A program made the position numbers and the translations under genes. Shown here in pieces: positions 61,093-64,000 of a stretch of DNA of 64,000 bases; the stretch's first letter is position 1; every line of letters begins with the position of its first letter. Where the stretch lies: assembly GCA_051294375.1 (NCBI GenBank), contig CM119268.1:2540063-2604062 (forward strand), read 5' to 3'. The stretch is from Paraspadella gotoi. Lineage: Eukaryota > Animalia > Chaetognatha. The notes beneath the pieces are model-generated. The model was not told the origin of the DNA and ran no database searches. It saw nothing but the letters and a program-made list of their open reading frames with translations.

Positions 61093-62399
61093 CCTGGTGC
61101 GAGTCCGTTACATAAGGGAAGAGTTGGCGGGAAAAACGGGTTTAAATCCGGGAACAAGAAGGAGAGTTTCTTTAATTCCGGTTTTTCGATGAACGCGATC
61201 TCCTTAAAAACGGATATAGGACGATTTCGTTAAACCCGAGTATCGTAAAAGGCGGGATCGCTTAATACTCATCCGATCAAACAGGATGTTTTTTATTGTC
61301 AATTCTTTTAAAAGACCGAACGAAGTAATCGAAAGCAAACGTCGTTTTTGTCTCTTAACGAAAACTCAACGATTCTTTTTGATTTTGTTTACTTTGTAAA
61401 GTAAGAACCAGATTTATTTTTTGGGTAAAAACGTGAATAAAATGAACGAAAATCTAGTCCGTGATCCTTTATTATGCAAAGGAGTCACTTTGCTTGTGAC
61501 AGAGAGAGAAACAGGAAAAAGAAGATAGAAAGAAAAGAGAGAAAGACAGAACGAGTATTAGAAACAAGAGAAAAAAAAAAGAGTGAGAAGGAGGAATAAT
61601 GTTTTGTTTTATTCGGTCAAAGGTGTGGAATAGTATTTCTGACAATCTGCTTGGAACGATTTTTGTCATTTTTGTCATTCTTCATCCACCTTTGAATTTA
61701 GTATTAAAATTCAATCGCAAATTTCATCTTTTGATGAAGAAAAAAAAAAGTTCCGACCGGAGGATGAAACCGCCGCAAGGGTTTTTGGTCTCGGGCGTCA
61801 AAACTAAGTTTGTTCTACATAAAAAAAAAAAAACTGTTTGCGAAAAGCCTTTCTGCAAACACGCAAAATCCCGAGTAGAAAGAGAGAGAGAGACAGAGAC
61901 GGTCGGGTGAGCGTGAGAGGGTGGGGTGAAAGGGTGAGGGTTAAAGGGTGAGGTGGAAATCGCTGGGTGCCGCCCTACTCTGACATTAGGTGGGGAAATT
62001 TAGACTCGTATTGACTCTGTCTAAATAAGATTGTCGATTGGCGAGACGAACAAGGATGCGAAGAATGATATTTCGTTTGATAATGATATATGATATAGTC
62101 TGTTCAAAGACAGGAGCACGATCTAGCTTGTTCATTAAATTAATAAATCAAATTTAATTAATTGATTTAAAAAAGGATCAAGATCCAAAGTGTTATTTCC
62201 GAGACGGAAATTTTCATCTTTAACGTAATGGGATTTTTCAGTTTAAAAAAAAAAAGGAGTTTTACGAAATGACTTTCATTCATAACATTAAATCATACAT
62301 TGAAGCAGATGCATAGCGACCGAAAGAATAACGTGCGAAAGTTGCAAAGTTTAAATGAATTCCAAGTAACAAAGCCCCACGCAGTCTTTCACTAAGTGT

Positions 62400-62661
62400 C
62401 AGTCCTTTTTTCTGCAAGAGAAACCGTCAGCGCCCCCTTTGCGTTGATTGCACCTCAATCGCTGCTGGATTGATGGAAACCGGCGCCGAGAGTCTCAGCG
62501 TCGTTGAGGTCACGTGACGTTGGGACGGTTGGCGCCGTCGAGGGGGCGTTGGCGTCGCCTCCGATGGATGAAGAGTCGAAGATTGTTGGAATCGATAAGA
62601 AAGCCTTGAAAAACAAGATAAGATTATGATATTTTGCGCTCTCTCTCTCTCTCTCTCTCTC

Positions 62662-62717
<56 letters not shown>

Positions 62718-63930
62718 CTCTCATTACCTTTGGCTCGTTTCTCCGCTTCTCTGTTTTTCAAAACGAGTTTCAATTCTTCTCGAACTTCGACCGGAAATGC
62801 GGCCACGCCCTTTGACGTTACCGAGTGCCGTCGGGACGCGAAAGACGCCAGAGGCAGCGGCGTTTTGGAGACCGGCGCTTGTTGTTGTTGTTGTTGTTGT
62901 GACGTCAACAGTCGATGTTGAAAAAGTGTTGTTGTCGATAGCGGACGATTCGATTTCGATGTCGACGGAAATCGTAATGGAGACGGAAACTTTGGCGTCG
63001 CGCATCCTGACCACAAAAGCGGACGACCAAACTGTGGTGACTCGAATTGTGTGCGTTGCGAAACTTGCGATAAGACGGGCCGTTTTGGCGAGCGGAGATT
63101 ATGCTGCCGTCTTGGTGACGACGACAATTCTAGTTGCGTGGATTCGGCCAAAGAAAAAATCGGTGATGATGACGTAAACGAGTGGAAATTAAAAGTCGAA
63201 GTTGGTGGCTTCATTTTCTGGTGATCTTGAGCAGATGACTCAAATTTATTGGACGATCCACTCGAACATCCAACAGAGCGCTCTTCACTTATTTTCGAGT
63301 CTTTTGTCTCTAAATTTGCGTCGGTGGAGACGCCTGTGAAGATTTGGTTAGTTTTCTTTTCGTGGCACCAACAATATTTTTTTGTTTCTTGATAAACACC
63401 AAATTTTGTTTCGCCTCCGAGCGAAGATGGCGCCATGAAGTTTTCAACAACTTGCAGATACTCTGGAAAAAAACAAAAGCACAATGAACATAACATTTCT
63501 GTCTGACTGTTAGTTTGTTAGATTATTAAATTGTTAGAATACTTAATTAAGTTCAACAAATAATCAACCAATTCCTCACCATCGAACTTTCCTCTACGAA
63601 CGCGGACATCCTTCAGGTCGTCACGCTGCCGCAGCTCATCTCCATTCGCTTCAACGCAGTCGCTCCTCAAAGTCTTCGGACGCAACCCGGGAATCTTTTG
63701 TGGACGCGACGCGGAATTCTTCGTCGAAGGTCGATGGATCGGAGTCGACGACATGATTGGCGTCGACCACACCGTCGAGGAGATTAAGTCTAAACTTCCG
63801 GCGGCGGAGAAGGAAGCGGGGCAGGCGGCTGCGGTTCCGGCTGCGGCAGCGGCGGCGGCGGAAGAAAAGGCCACTGAGGCGCTTAGGACGTCGAAGCAGT
63901 CTTTGAATACGGAATCCTTGCCAATCGAGT
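62400..63930 (-). CDS. Spliced gene for an unidentified Ser/Pro-rich, low-complexity protein
   Basis: In-phase exons ~63580-63925 (..RRGKFD|) and ~62727-63461 (EYLQVVENF..LKLVLKNREAEKRAK), then ~62454-62603. Start, end and family are unresolved. Confidence 0.45.
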
Positions 63931-64000
63931 AAAGAATTTAGTCTCATTGTTTTATATTTTCGTAAAACAAGAAATCTGGATTAACAAATTAACCTCGTAA

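Overview
AT-rich, microsatellite-laden, gapped genomic DNA from an invertebrate animal, with short GT-AG introns. Several 1-nt indels, mostly in homopolymer runs, break otherwise clean reading frames and are probably assembly errors. Genes, left to right: (1) a minus-strand gene with repeated (P)WG[KR]PGxGAP motifs, CSPP1/CCDC66-like (~3.3-16.5 kb), whose 6.7-kb intron holds a 93-bp tandem array, a frameshifted Maverick/Polinton fragment (integrase, packaging ATPase, small basic protein) and TRIM copies; (2) a 15-exon PROP1-family paired-like homeobox gene; (3) an OTU deubiquitinase fused to an unrecognised C-terminal region; (4) a cation-dependent mannose-6-phosphate receptor; (5) a possible 41-aa membrane microprotein; (6) an ~18-kb minus-strand glycoprotein-hormone-receptor-type LGR with an entire ITIH-like gene (VIT-VWA-DPHF) nested antisense in one hinge intron; (7) part of an unknown minus-strand gene at the right edge. 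The most distinctive non-genic structure is a family of miniature LTR retrotransposons (TRIMs) whose LTRs embed a 72-nt tRNA-like Pol III promoter. One copy (59970-60606) is essentially complete, with PBS, PPT and a 4-bp TSD. All calls come from manual reading and translation; no searches were run.
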